Shown here: piece after piece, positions 30,455-43,364 of the stretch
Layout of the letters: each line of letters begins with the position of its first letter
Numbering within the stretch: position 1 is the stretch's first letter
Origin: the human T2T-CHM13v2.0 reference genome, Homo sapiens
Reading direction: 5' to 3' (one strand)
Length of the DNA: 64,000 bases
Assembly (NCBI RefSeq): GCF_009914755.1
Contig: NC_060937.1
Translations under genes and position numbers: made by a program
Notes under the pieces: generated by a model
What the model was told of the DNA's origin: nothing
Seen by the model: only the letters and a program-made list of their open reading frames with translations
The model's database searches: none

Positions 30455-30900
30455 TCAATGGAAGAAGCACTGGATCCAAAGGCTAAACTGAATTATACTT
30501 TTGCTAGTAACTTTGGACGAATTATTTCTCACCCCATCTTCCAAATTAATGATCAAACAGTGTTAATAATACATATCCTTGTTATCGCTGCAATTTAATG
30601 GGACTCAAGTTAACAAATCTATGTGAATGAGTGTTGAAGAGTTGAAAGTGTAACTATTATTCACCTTGTTAAAAAAAAAACATGGGTTATAGAGCCAAAT
30701 AAAACTAGCTTGGAATTTTCCTCATCTTCTTCATAGATCCAAATCCCTTGACAAGTTACTTAGCATCTCTGAACCTCAGTGCAATCAGCAAAGTTGAGGT
30801 AGTAATGCATAGCCTGGAGGTTGAATATAAAGTTACATTGAAACAAGACATCCCAAAATAACTAGTATACTGTCTGGCCCTTAAAAATTTACTGAATATA
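30455..30900 (+). mobile_element. Two adjacent degenerate MIR SINEs (~30455-30660 and ~30680-30900)
   Basis: taactttggacgaattattt...; cttgacaagttacttagcatctctgaacctcagt (MIR core). Confidence 0.6.
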
Positions 30901-30969
30901 TGATGATTTTCCTTTCTACTGTATCTTACATCATGAATTTATTTAACATAATTAGTGCTGGCAACCTTA

Positions 30970-31720
30970 TGAAAGGAAAAGACAAATCACAGATTATATT
31001 TTCAATAGGTTTTTAAAAAATCAAAATATATAATAAACTCTACCAAAGCAATAAGCAAATTAAGAATAAACAATCCTGTAGAAAACAAGCAATTTAAGGA
31101 ATCAGAAACTGAAATGGCCAATAAACACAGGGAATTATTTTCACAGTTTTCTCATCTGAACAGCTAATAAATAACACTGATATACCATTTCATATCCATA
31201 GTGGCAAACTTTTCCATTTGCATAATTACTTTTATTATAACTGAGGATAAACAGAAATTCTTATACATAATTTTTTATTGCCTAATAAAGTTGTATGTGT
31301 GTATCCCTGAATTCAGCAATTTCACCAGAAAGCATATATGTGAGAAACTCTAATAAATGGACCAAAAGAATTCCAAAACTGTACCAACCTATCTCAGTAG
31401 AAGAATGAATAAGCCTTGTTTTTATTATAAATTGAATATTAAAAAGCAATGAAAATTAATCAGATCTACATTTATCTTCATTTAAAACCTCAAAAACATA
31501 ATGCTAAGTCTAAAAATTAAATCATAAAATTATATATACAGTAGTTTAAATTTACAAAGCAATTTCATATATATTAAATTATAATTTATTTTTAAAATGC
31601 AAAAGCATGATAGGAAAGATTTACACCAACCTGAGAATCATAGATCTTTCTGGGAAGACAGTCCAGGAAATAGCATGGGGTACATCTAAATTCTATCAAT
31701 TATATTTTTATATATATACC
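30970..31720 (+). mobile_element. L1ME-like ORF2 end/3'UTR fragment
   Basis: aaatggccaataaacaca, tgatataccatttcatatcca, ctgaattcagcaatttcac, atctcagtagaagaatgaataa. Confidence 0.7.
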
Positions 31721-32154
31721 AGGAAGAATGATTTCTTCTGCATCCTAGTGTGGGTATTGTCAATGTACATACCAATTCTTCTTAAGGCTGTTAAACCCAC
31801 CATTCTCACTACCAAAATATTATTATTCATTTTGTTTTGAATAAGCTCAATAATCTATGTTGTGCTATTATTGTTATTATTGTTGTTGTTGTTTAATGAG
31901 CAAGCCAAGTTTATGAATATGTGAACAGTGAATAGATTCCATTTTGAGAGACATTGATTTATCACAATGAAATACAGACCAATTATAAGCTACAGTTTCT
32001 TCACGTGTGTTTTTAAAATATCTTATTTTACTCGAATAAAAATTCTTTTAGAAATTTAGTCGAATTTTTCTTGTGCCCTCTGATAAATTACCTCCTACTT
32101 AATGTTGTCTGTATTTTCAGTAAAAAGTTTACCAATATTTACGTGTATTTGCTA

Positions 32155-32330
32155 GGACATATCTGAGTTGAATTCCTCATTATGACTCTTACAGTTTATA
32201 TGACCTAAAACAATTTCTGTTTCATCAGTTGTAAAATTGGTATGAAATATTACAAGGTTTTGTGAGGATTCATGTGGGATGACATATGTAAAAACACAGG
32301 ACTATGCTTGGCACACAGTACCATAAGACT
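32155..32330 (+). mobile_element. MIR SINE whose 3' end is duplicated in inverted orientation (32333-32372)
   Basis: tctgtttcatcagttgtaaaattgg...ttgtgaggattcatgtgggatgacatatgtaaa...cttggcacacagta. Confidence 0.8.
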
Positions 32331-35300
32331 TTGTGCTATGTGCCAAGCACAGTCCTATGTTTTCACATATGTTAGTAGCATAAGTCACAGTACAAAGTAT
32401 TATTAGCAACCTTATCAACACTGTCACTATTACCATCAGGCCATTCAAAGATTTAGAAATAATTAGGATTTTATCGTTGTTTGCTCTTTAAGTCAATACT
32501 TTGCATGGTTTTGAAAGTCCTCCTTAATTTCACCACACTTTCCCACATGTTAAGCTGATCTCTTTACGACATTGTATCTTAAATCAGCATGCTCTTACCA
32601 GACCTATGGCTTTTGATCTTTCATCAGCCTCACCTACAATGTCCTTTTCTTTCCATTTGTCTATTCTAATCCTTTCTATCTTCCAAAGCTTGCCTCAAAT
32701 CTCATCTTGTCTACAGTTTCATTGAATTGATTTAAATCTTCTCAACCAATATTTATATTGTCTGTATCAGGTAATTTAGTGGTTAATTATGTTCTACCTT
32801 ATATTCTTCACTGATGTTTTATATTCACATTGTCACCACAAAGTAAACTGTTTGAACCTATGGGCTGCATCTGTGATTTCTTTCATCACTCTGATAGAGC
32901 ATTACAGAATCATGAGTGAGTAGCAGATATTTGATACATTTTGACTGTAATAAAAAATAACCCATTATATTTTTCCTAGCATCCAATTGTGTCTATCACT
33001 CATCAGTTCAAGGAAAGTCTCTCTGCCATAAATGGTGGTTTCCAATAAAATTTATTTCACTTAATTTAATTCATGTTGCACTCAGTTTATCTCTTGTCTA
33101 AGGTAAACTATCCAAGAAGAAAACCTTTAACAACTTTTCAATGTCATGATAAATACCTTTTGGATTTTTACAAAAAATTTTTACTAACATAATTAAGTGT
33201 GATCAAGTAGGATAACAGAATAAGAATGGTTATTCCTAAAGGTATGAAAAAGTGGGAGCATCAGCAAAATAGGGCTGCTATTTCTTATGGTTTTTTTTTT
33301 GGTTTAATTAGGCCCATTAATCTGAGAAATAACCTGAGACTATAAAAGAAATAAATAAAGAATCAAATACTTCTCCTAACAGGAGTCCAAGTTAAAATAA
33401 GGTGCCTCAGTCACAGTAGAGCCCCAATTCTTAAAGGACAGTATCACTTCACACTGTAGAACTGAAATTATAATAAGCCACTGTGGGAATTAAACATCCT
33501 ATAAGGCAATTTCATAAATATTATAACCAGATTATTCTGGTTAAAGCCTCCATCACTCATAGGATGATCATTTAGTTTAGAGCAAAACAAATGCATATCA
33601 GATTATAATTTATAACACTGCTTAAAATATGAAGTCTTATAGCTATTTTAAGTTTAAAACATGTTTTAATAATTACCCTTCTGAACTTCTAGGAGCTATC
33701 ATATATTACTAAAACTTTTGCTCTGTTTGAGGTTTTAGAAAATTATAGCTAACTTATGAAAAATTAAAATATTCTTTTTATCAATGCTCAGTGATGGAAT
33801 TTTAGGGATTGTTCTAAAAATATATTTAATTTGTAATAGATATATTTTTATACATTTCTCAATCTTCTTTATACATGCAAATATTTTTAGTCTTTTATAA
33901 GGTTCATCAGCAATTCCTCTAAAGCTTTGTCAGGAAGGTGATTCAGAATATCCCAGGCACTTTATTTCATTACAGTGTTGGAAACCAAATGATGAACTAA
34001 CACAGACCCTGTATTCAAAAGAATAACTTTCCTGAAATGGCTTATAGAGTAGAGATAAATGATAAGCAAAACCTATTAAGGTGTTTCCAAGCATGTAGTC
34101 CATAAAACGCCACGTTCTAAAAATCATTGTTAATAATCATAATACACTTATGATCATTATAAACTTTTTTGTGATAATAAATTTTTGATCAATACACTCC
34201 TCTGTGTTCTAATTTTGAAGCTTAAAGTTTAGATAATATTTCTGCCTTCTAGGTTATAACAATCTGTATTCATTATTTGTTATCAACCAAAAAAATGGTT
34301 ATCATTCATCAACCATTTTTAATGAATGAAATTAGACAGTAAAACACAAAAATAATTAACATGTCTCTGCCTTTAAGAGCTTCACAGCTCATCAGAGAGA
34401 AGAGAGAGTGAGAGAATTATAATTGTACCATTTGTATATTAAACCCCAAGTCCACCAGGAAGGAAAAACATAAACATAATTATAATTGTAGCATGTATAT
34501 ATTAAACCCTGATTCCATCAGGAAGGAAAAACATTATTTTGTGATGTTTTCTGTTTTCCTGGGGTTGTGATTAAATCCCAGGAGTGTGTGTATCCAAGGC
34601 TATGAGTGTGTTGGGGCAGGAGAAGATCTGTTTTCTGAAGGTATTCATTGAGACATATGAGCTGTCAGTAACCCCCTATTGCAGAGCCCAAGCATTCACC
34701 CAGCTGTTTCCCTGAGTCTCTAGCTCAGCAGGTAAAGTACAGACGCCTTTGTTCTCAGACTCCACATCTCTAACATGTCCCCAGGTATCCAACCAGTGGA
34801 GCATCACACAGCATGCCACAAATCCCATCTCCACCCTTACTCTCTTCTTACTCCTCATGGTTTTTCCTCAAAGACAAATTCCCTGCCCCAAAGTTGTTTG
34901 CCTCATATATAACTTGCATAATCTCCTTGATAGCTAGAAAATTTTGGAAATGTAAGTCCAGAGGCTAAAAAAGGATTTCTGTTTTCTGCCTTGTAATCCC
35001 TTGCTCTTCTTGAGAGAAGGAAACTCAAAGTACTATCTCCTTTCTGGAGGATGAGGGAGGGGTGGACTGCTCATAGAAAAAGGGAGATTTTTAAAAATAT
35101 TATGACATGACAATTTAATAAGATCAGCAGAAGAAATAATGCTGGAGGACTATCAAAATGCAATACTAAAAAGACAAGAAGGTCTCACAAAAAGACTGTA
35201 CGTTTCCTGGCATTTGAAGGAAAAGTATTTGTACCCACTGGAGAAATGGAAGAAAATATCGTTCAAGGGCAATGATGTATGAAGATCACAAAGGAGAAAG

Positions 35301-36589
35301 GCAGTGGCTTCCCTTTTCCTAAGTAAGAGGATGTAATGACAATCAATGGCATAAAATGGAATTCTGACATGTTGATTAAATGTGAAGAGGAGGGATCAGA
35401 GCAGGAGGAGGAAGCAGTGTCTAGCAGTGGGTGATATGGACTCAGTGGTGAATGTGAAGAAGGCAAAAATGGAATGGAGTAATGCTTATACAGAAAAATG
35501 TGGACTGACATCATGGATTACACGTAGAAATTCCTTCAAAAAAAAAAAAAAAATGACCAAGAGGATGTGGCACTAACCCTGAAGTCATGTGCCAAATGAG
35601 CAGAGCTTGTTGTGTAAGAGTGCCAGATATCCTGAAAATCTCTTAAAATTCTGAAAATCTCCTGAAAATCAAAGAATGTCTCACTTCCTCCATTCAATGA
35701 GGAAGCCCAAGAAATACATGAATGTGTGAGCCAGAGGATCAGTCACTTAATTAACCAAAGAAGAGTTTCTATAAAGCACAAATTATTTTAGAGAAATGCT
35801 GATAGAAAATTGAGCTCCACCACTTCTTTGAGTTTCATGATCTCTGAGCTTGCTGATACCTGAAATGGGCCTTGATAATTTCCACTTTTCCTTCTCTTTC
35901 ATTTCTAAGAAATATGGGCTTGGTATAGTATTATTTTTCTTTAAAATATCCAAACACTGTTGTGGCATTTTAGGTTTCCTCAGATCCATAATATAAATTT
36001 TATTGATTTCTCATCAAACTGAAGGTTTAAACTTATCATCTTCTAAAATTTCCTGTAAAATTTTAATGGTTCATGGAGAAAATACATTTATAAACCAATG
36101 CCTTAATTGATGACTACCAGAAGAGAGATTCAGGGAATTAAGAATTCATTATAAGCCTGTCACTTTCATATTATTAGATCAGGTAGACATTACTATGAAA
36201 TAATGTCAAAAAAAGGTGTACATTCTATAGAAGATAAAAATAGGTTGCATTCTACCTATTTGAAGATTCAGAACTGGAGGATTTGGTAGTGTTAAAATAA
36301 TACGTTTTTCTGAATGACTTTTCTTTTTCACTTTATTTTACCACACAGATATTTTTTATTTTTAAAGCTTTCCAATTACTAAAGAGGATACTTTTATATT
36401 TCATATAAAGGTGCTATCATCTTTGAGATTGTCAGCTTTCATAATCAGTAATGCATGGATACTCTAAATCGTATTACATGAGTTTAGCATAATAATATGG
36501 AGGTACAATTTTTGCAATTGGTGATAGTAGAAAAAAAGACTACATGCTAACTAGTTGAAGTCCCTACACCAAAGTGATGGAAGGCACTA

Positions 36590-36730
36590 CTTTATGGTAT
36601 GCTTTGCTAGAGGAATCTTGGCTTTACCTCTTAATTTTGCCCAAAGTTTTTAATGTCCCAGTTCCTACATATGTGGAAATTAAATGACATAATGCATTCA
36701 AAAAGCTTACTCAGCATCTGTCAAATAGTT
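36590..36730 (+). mobile_element. Degenerate MIR fragment
   Basis: tgtcccagttcctacatatgt...aattaaatgacataatgcattcaaaaagctta. Confidence 0.45.
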
Positions 36731-37379
36731 CCGGGATGATAACTCAAAGTGTGGGATTCAGAAAATCAATATTTTAAGTATTTTACAAATAAGAATAGTT
36801 AGCTTTCAAGTACAGTGATTCTTTGTTTTCATTTTTTCTAGATTTTTTGTTCTTTTGTTACAAACTTCATGGTATGGATAATGCTGATCAGGGACAACAA
36901 AGAAGGGAGTGAATGAAGAGTCTTTGGTTATTGTTTTGCAAAAGCCATCATTCATGCCTTTATTCCCCCTTCCACACATAAATTTCTGCGTGGTTTATTT
37001 TCATGGTGATATCATTTGATGTTGATCAATTTGGACAGATGAGCACTACAGATGTGGAAATACACATAAATTGTATTCAATTATATTCACATGTACTTCT
37101 GAAAAGCAACTCAAGATATTGACAATTTATTCCACACAAAAGATTGCCCTCTGTGCCTCTATTCTGTGATAGTCAGAAATTAAATTGGGATCATTTATAT
37201 TGTAACAAGATCACGTTCCATCTACAATTATTACTTGGACTCTAAAATCTAAGAAATACATCATCATAGTTTTATTATATTACACTAGTGGTATCCATAA
37301 TATGTAAACCTTGTATCCTCCCATTACACATCTGTACTCTCAAGCGAGATAGAGAAAGCAAACATAGCTTGTCCCATTC

Positions 37380-37560
37380 AATACAGTGAGGCAGGTGTCT
37401 CCATCCTCATGGAATAGGCCAGGAAGCCACTTGAGAGGTAAGATGCCCTGGTCAGGGCCACAAGGCAGCACATTCCACAGTAAGACTCAGAATTCTGAGA
37501 ATCAGAATCTGGCAAAATCTGTTCTTCTGATTCAGTTTGCAATTATCTTGACACTATCCC
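37380..37560 (-). mobile_element. Degenerate MIR fragment
   Basis: gtgaggcaggt...gagaggtaagatgccctggtcagggccacaag...taagactcagaa. Confidence 0.45.
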
Positions 37561-38169
37561 CCTTGCTTTTATGCAAAAACAATTGAACATGTTTTAAATA
37601 TGAATTGAAAGCCACATACAGACATTGACATTAAGTTTGACAGTGCTTTGGTTCCTGAAATTTCCATCCAAAACTTAGTCACACTCTTGAGTATTTCAGA
37701 TCAGTGATTGCCAAGAAAATCCCATAGCTTTGATTGTTACCTTTAAGCATTGCACTTTTTTATCATGACTTTCAAAGTCTGGGAGGAACTCTTAAGAGAA
37801 AATTTATGTGAATAAAGAGTGCCTTTAGAAGCCAGGACAGGCAAAACCAAAGGGTATCAGTGAATTGGAGTAGGGAAGTAAGACAATGTAAGTCACTTCA
37901 ATGAACTGCATAATTATTTCATTCAAGAAACTCTCTATTTGACTTTCAATTTTCTAATTATAGAGAACATGATGAAATAATCTCTAACTTTAAATATTAT
38001 CTTCTAAAATAAAGGACCAATTTGATAATCTTGAAATTTGTGTTGTTGTTCATAAATGTGTTAGGTGCAAGGAATCTGTTGCTCTTTGGATCACAAGATT
38101 TCATTCATCTTTGCAATTAACTTAGTAATTATTAACCTTCCTTCCTGCCCCATGAATTAATGTAAAGAT

Positions 38170-38573
38170 TGTCAGGCCTCTGAGCCTAAGCTAAGCCATC
38201 ATATCCCCTGTGACCTGCACATACACATCCAGATGGCCGGTTCCTGCCTTAAGTGATGACATTCCACCACAAAAGAAGTGAAAATGGCCTGTTCCTGCCT
38301 TAACTGATGACATTATCTTGTGAAATTCCTTCTACTGGCTCGTCCTGGCTCAAAAGCTCCCCTACTGAGCACCTTGTGAGCCCCACTCCTGCCCACAAGA
38401 GAACAACCCCCCTTTTTCCTTTACCTACCCAAATTCTATAAAACGGCCCCACCCCTATCTCCCTTCACTGACTCTCTTTTCGGACTCAGCCCGCCTGCAC
38501 CCAGATGAAATAAACAGCCTTGTTGCTCACACAAAGCCTATTTGGTGGTCTCTTTACAGGGACGCGCGTGAAA
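38170..38573 (+). promoter_or_regulatory. 5' LTR7-type LTR (promoter/enhancer)
   Basis: tgtcaggcctctgagcc...gtgaaa; two U3 repeats (ggcc.gttcctgccttaa.tgatgacatt); ACAAAAGA at 38269-38276; TATAAAA at 38437-38443; GGCCCCACCCC just downstream. Confidence 0.95.
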
Positions 38574-38575
38574 TT

Positions 38576-38593
38576 TGGTGCCGTGACTCGGAT
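38576..38593 (+). other. Primer binding site complementary to the tRNA-His 3' end
   Basis: TGGTGCCGTGACTCGGAT, 2 nt after the 5' LTR. Confidence 0.97.
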
Positions 38594-38716
38594 CGGGGGA
38601 CTTCCCTTGGGAGATCAATCCCCTGTCCTCCTGCTCTTTACTCCGTGAAAAAGATCCACTTACGACCACAGGTCCTCAGACCCACCAGCCCAAGGAACAT
38701 CTCACCAATTTTAAAT

Positions 38717-38725
38717 CAGGTAAGC
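38717..38725 (+). promoter_or_regulatory. HERV-H major splice donor
   Basis: CAG|GTAAGC about 145 nt downstream of the LTR, the usual position. Confidence 0.8.
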
Positions 38726-38944
38726 AGCCTCTCCTTACTCTCTTCTCCAACCTCTCTCACTATCCCTCAACCACTTTCTCCTTTCAATCTTGGCGCCACA
38801 CTTCAATCTCTCCCTTCTCTTAATTTCAATTCCTTTCATTTTCTGGTAGAGACAAAGGAGACACGTTTTATCTGTGGACCCAAAACTCCGGCGCCGGTCA
38901 CGGACTAGGGAAGGCAGCCTTCCCTTGGTGTTTAATCATTGCCG

Positions 38945-39766
38945 AGCTAGGTCCCAATTCTTCCTCAGCCTCTGCTCCTCCACCCTATAATCCTTTTATC
39001 ACCTCCCCTCCTCACACCGGGTCCGGCTTACAGTTTCGTTCCGTGACTAGCCCTCCCACACCTGCCCAGCAATTTACTCTTAAACAGGTGGCTGGAGCTA
39101 AAGGCATAGTCAAGGTTAACGCTCCTTTTCCTTATCCCAAATCAGATAGCGTTTAGGCTCTTTTTCATCAAATATAAAAACCCAGCCCAGTTCATGGCTC
39201 GTTTGGCAGCAACCCTGAGACGCTTTACAGCCCTAGACCCTAAAAGGTCAAAAGGCCGTCTTATTCTCAATATACATTTTATTACCCAATCCACTCCCGA
39301 CATCAAATAAAACTCCAAAAATTAAATTCCGGCCCTCAAACCCCACAACAAGACTTAATTAACCTCACCTTCAAGGTGTCCAATAATAGAGTAGAGGCAG
39401 CCAAATAGCAACATATTTCTGAGTTGCAATTCCTTGCCTCCACTGTGAGACAAACCCCAGCCACATCTCCAGCACACAAGAACTTCCAAACGCCTAAACC
39501 TCAGTGGCCAGGCATTCCTCCAGAACCGCCTCCCACAGGAGCTTGCTACAAGTGCCAGAAATCCTGCCACCATGCCAAGGAATGCCCACAGCCCAGGATT
39601 CCTCCTAAGCCATGTCCCATCTGTGCAAGACCCCACTGGAAATCAGATAAAAATCAGACTGTTCAACTCACCTGGCAGCCACTCCTCCAGAGACCCTGGA
39701 ACTCTGGCCCAAGGCTCTCTGACTGACTCCTTCCCAGATCTTCTCGGTTTAGCAGCTGAAGACTGA
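38945..39766 (+). pseudogene. gag: HERV-H gag relic with nucleocapsid zinc knuckles
   Basis: CYKCQKSCHHAKEC and CPICARPHWKSD; ends DLLGLAAED-TGA at 39766; frameshifted and 5'-deleted. Confidence 0.88.
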
Positions 39767-40200
39767 CGCTGCCTGATCGCCTCAGAAGCCCCGTAGACCA
39801 CCACGGACGCCGAGCTTTAAGTAACTCTCACAGTAGAAGGTAAGTCCCTCCCCTTCTTAATCAATACAGAGGCTACCCACTCCATATGACCTTCTTTTCA
39901 AGGGCCTGTTTCCCTTGCCTCCATAACTGTTGTGGGTATTGACGGCCAGGCTTCTAAACCTCTTAAACTCCCCAACTCTGGTGCCAACTTAGACAATACT
40001 CTTTTAAGCACTCCTTTTTAGTTATCCCCACCTGCCCAGTTCCCTTATTAGGCTGAGACACTTTAACTAAATTATCTGCTTCCCTGACTATTCCCGGACT
40101 ACAGCTACATCTCATTGCCGCCCTTCTTCCCAATCCAAAGCCTCCTTTGCTTCCTCCTCTTGTATCCCCCCACCATAACCCACAAGTATAAGATACCTCT
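39767..40200 (+). pseudogene. pro: HERV-H protease relic
   Basis: VTLTVEGKSLPFLINTEATHS (active-site DTG reads NTE) and a downstream PTCPVPLLG motif; stops present. Confidence 0.8.
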
Positions 40201-42790
40201 ACTCCCTCCTTGGTGACCAATCATGCACCCCTTACCATCTCATTAAAACCTAATCACCCTTACCCCGCTCAACGCCAATATCCCATACCGCAGCACGCTT
40301 TAAAAAGATTAAAGCCTGTTATCGCTCGCCTACTACAGCTTGGCCTTTTAAAGCCTATAAACTCTCCTTACAATTCCCCCATTTTACCTGTCCTAGGACC
40401 AGACAAGCCTTACAGGTTAGTTCAAGATCTGAGCCTTATCAACCAAATTGTTTTGCCTATCCACCCCGTGGTGTCAAACCCATATACTCTCCTATCCTCA
40501 GTACCTCCCTCCACAACCCATTATTCTGTTCTAGATCTCAAACATGCTTTCTTTACTATCCCTTTGCACCCTTCATCCCAGCCTCTCTTTGCTTTCACTT
40601 AGACTGACCCTGACACCCAACAGGCTCAGCAAATTACCTAGGCTGTACTGCCACAAGGCTTCACGGACAGCCCCCATTACTTCAATCAAGCCCAAATTTC
40701 ATCCTCATCTGTTACCTATCTCGGCATAATCCTCATAAAAACACACGTGCTCTCCCTGCTGATCGTGTCCGACTAATCCCCCAAACCTCAATCCCTTCTA
40801 CAAAACAAGTCCTTTCCTTCCTAGGTATGGTCAGATACTTTCGACTTTAGATATCTAGTTTTGCCATCCTAATAAAACCATTATATAAACTCACAAAAGG
40901 AAACTTAGCTGACCCCATAGATCCTAAATCCTTTCCCCACTCCTCTTTCCGTTCCTTGAAGACAGCTTTAGAGACTGCCTCCACCATAGCGCTACCTGAC
41001 TCATCCCAACCCTGTTCATTACCCACAGCCAAAGTGCAGGGCTGTGCAGTCAGAATTCTTACATAAGGACCAGGACCGCACCCTGTAGCCTTTTTATCCA
41101 AACAACTTGACCTTACTGTTTTGCCTAGCCCTCAAGTCTGCATGTGGCGGCTGCCGCTGCCCTAATACTTTTAGAGGCCCTTAAAATCACAAACTATGCT
41201 CAACTCACTCTCTACAATTCTCATAACTTCCAAAATCTATTTTCTTCCTCACACCTGACACATATACTGTCTGCTTCCTGGCTCCTTCAGCTGTATTCAC
41301 TCTTTGTTGAGTCTCCCACAATTACCATTGTTCCTGGCCCAGACTTCAATCCGGCCTCCCACATTATTCCTGATACCACACCTGACCCCCATGACTGTAT
41401 CTCTCTGATCCACCTGACATTCACTCCATTTCCCCATATTCTTTCATGTTCCTTACTCTGAACACACTTAGTTTATTGATGGCAGTTCCACCAGGCCTAA
41501 TTGCCACTGACCAGCAAAGCCAGGCTATGCTATAGTATCTTCCACATCTATCATTGAGGCTACTGCTCTGCCCCACTTCACTACCTCTCAGCAAGCCGAA
41601 CTCATTGCCTTAAGTCAAGCCCTCACTCTTGCAAAAAGACTAAACATTAATATTTATACTGACTCTAAATATGCCTTCCATATCCTGCACCACCATGCAA
41701 GAAGTTTCCTCACTACACAAAGGTCCTCTATCATTAATGCCTCTTTAATAAAAACTCTGCTCAAGGCCGCTTTACTTCTAAAGGAAGCTAGGGTCATTCA
41801 CTGCAAGGGGCATCAAAAGGCATCAGATCCCATTGCTCTAGGCAACGCTTATGCTGATAAAGTGGCTAGACAAGCAGCTAGCTTTCCAACTTCTGTCTCT
41901 CACAGCAACGCTTATGCTGATGAGGTGGCTAGACAAGCACTTAGCTCTCCAACTTCTGTCCCTCACGGTCAGTTTTTCTCCTTCACATCAGTCACTCCCA
42001 CCTACTCCCCCGCTGAAACTTCCACCTATCAATCTCTTCAAGGAAAATATCTCCTTCCAGCCTCACAGGCCCATTCTATTCTGTCGTCATTTCATAACCT
42101 CTTCCATATAGGTTACAAGCCGCTAGCCCGTCTCTTAGAACCTCTCATTTCCTTTCCATCATAGAAATCTATCCTCAAGGAGATCACTTCTCAGTGTTCC
42201 ATCTGCTATTCTACTACCCCTCAAGGATTGTTCAGGCCCCCTCCCTTCCCTACACATCAAGCTCCAGGATTTGCCCCCACCTAGGACTAGCAAATTAGCT
42301 TTACGCAATATGCTCCAAGTCAGAAAACTAAAATACCTCTTAGTCTAAGTAGACACTTTCACTGGATAGGTCCAGACCTTTCCTACAGGGTCTAAGAAGG
42401 CCACCGTGGTCATTTCTTCCCTTCTGTCAGAAACAATTACTCAGTTTGGCCTTCCCACCTCTACGCAGTCCGATAGTAGACCAGCCTTTATTAGTCAAAT
42501 CAGCCAAGCAGTTTTTCAGGCTCTTAGCATTCAGTGAAACCTTTATATCCCTTACGGTCCTCAGTCTTCAGGAAAGGTAGAACAGACTAATAGTCTTTTA
42601 AAAACACACCTCACCAAGCTCAGCCACCAACTTAAAAAGGACTGGACAATGCTTTTACCACTTTCCCTTCTCAAATTCAGGCCTGTCCTCAGAATGCTAC
42701 AAAGTACAGCGCATTGAAGCTCCTGTATAGACGCTCCTTTTTATTAGGCCCCAGTCTCATTCCAGACACCAGACCAACTTGGACTGTGCC
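40200..42790 (+). pseudogene. pol: HERV-H pol relic (RT, RNase H, integrase)
   Basis: QRQYPIP, SPYNSPILPV, YRLVQDL, VLDLKHAFFTIPL and LPQGF (RT); IYTDSKYAF, HCKGHQ and GNAYAD (RNase H); HNLFH..CSIC and PQSSGKVE (IN). Many stops; YxDD absent. Confidence 0.92.
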
Positions 42791-43351
42791 CCAAAAAACT
42801 TGTCATCCCTACTATCTTCTGTCTAGTCATACTCCTATTCACTGTTCTCAACTACTCATACATGCCCTGCTCTTGTTTACACTGCCGGTTTACACTGTTT
42901 CCCCAAGCCATCACAGCTGATATCTCCTGGTGCTATCCCCAAACTGCCACTCTTAACTCTTAAAGTAAATAAATAATCTTTGCTGGCAAGACTATGCTGA
43001 ATCTCCTTAGGCACTCTCTAATTAAATGTCCTAGGTCCTCCCAATTCTTAGACCTTTAATACCTGTTTTTCTCCTTCTCTTATTCCATTTTTCAATTCAT
43101 ACAAAACCGTATCCAGGCCATCACTAATAATTCTAAATGACAAATGTTTCTTCTAACAACCCCACAATATCACCCCTTACCACAAAATCTTCCTTCAGCT
43201 TAATCTCTCCCACTCTAGGTTCCCACACAGCCCCTAATCCCGCTCGAAGTAACCCTGAGAAACATTGCCCATTATCTCTCCATACCACCCCCAAAAATTT
43301 TCACCGTCCCAACACTTTACCACTATTTCATTTTATTTTTCTTATTAATAT

Positions 43352-43364
43352 AAGAAGACAGGAA
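43352..43364 (+). other. Polypurine tract
   Basis: aagaagacaggaa immediately 5' of the 3' LTR. Confidence 0.85.
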
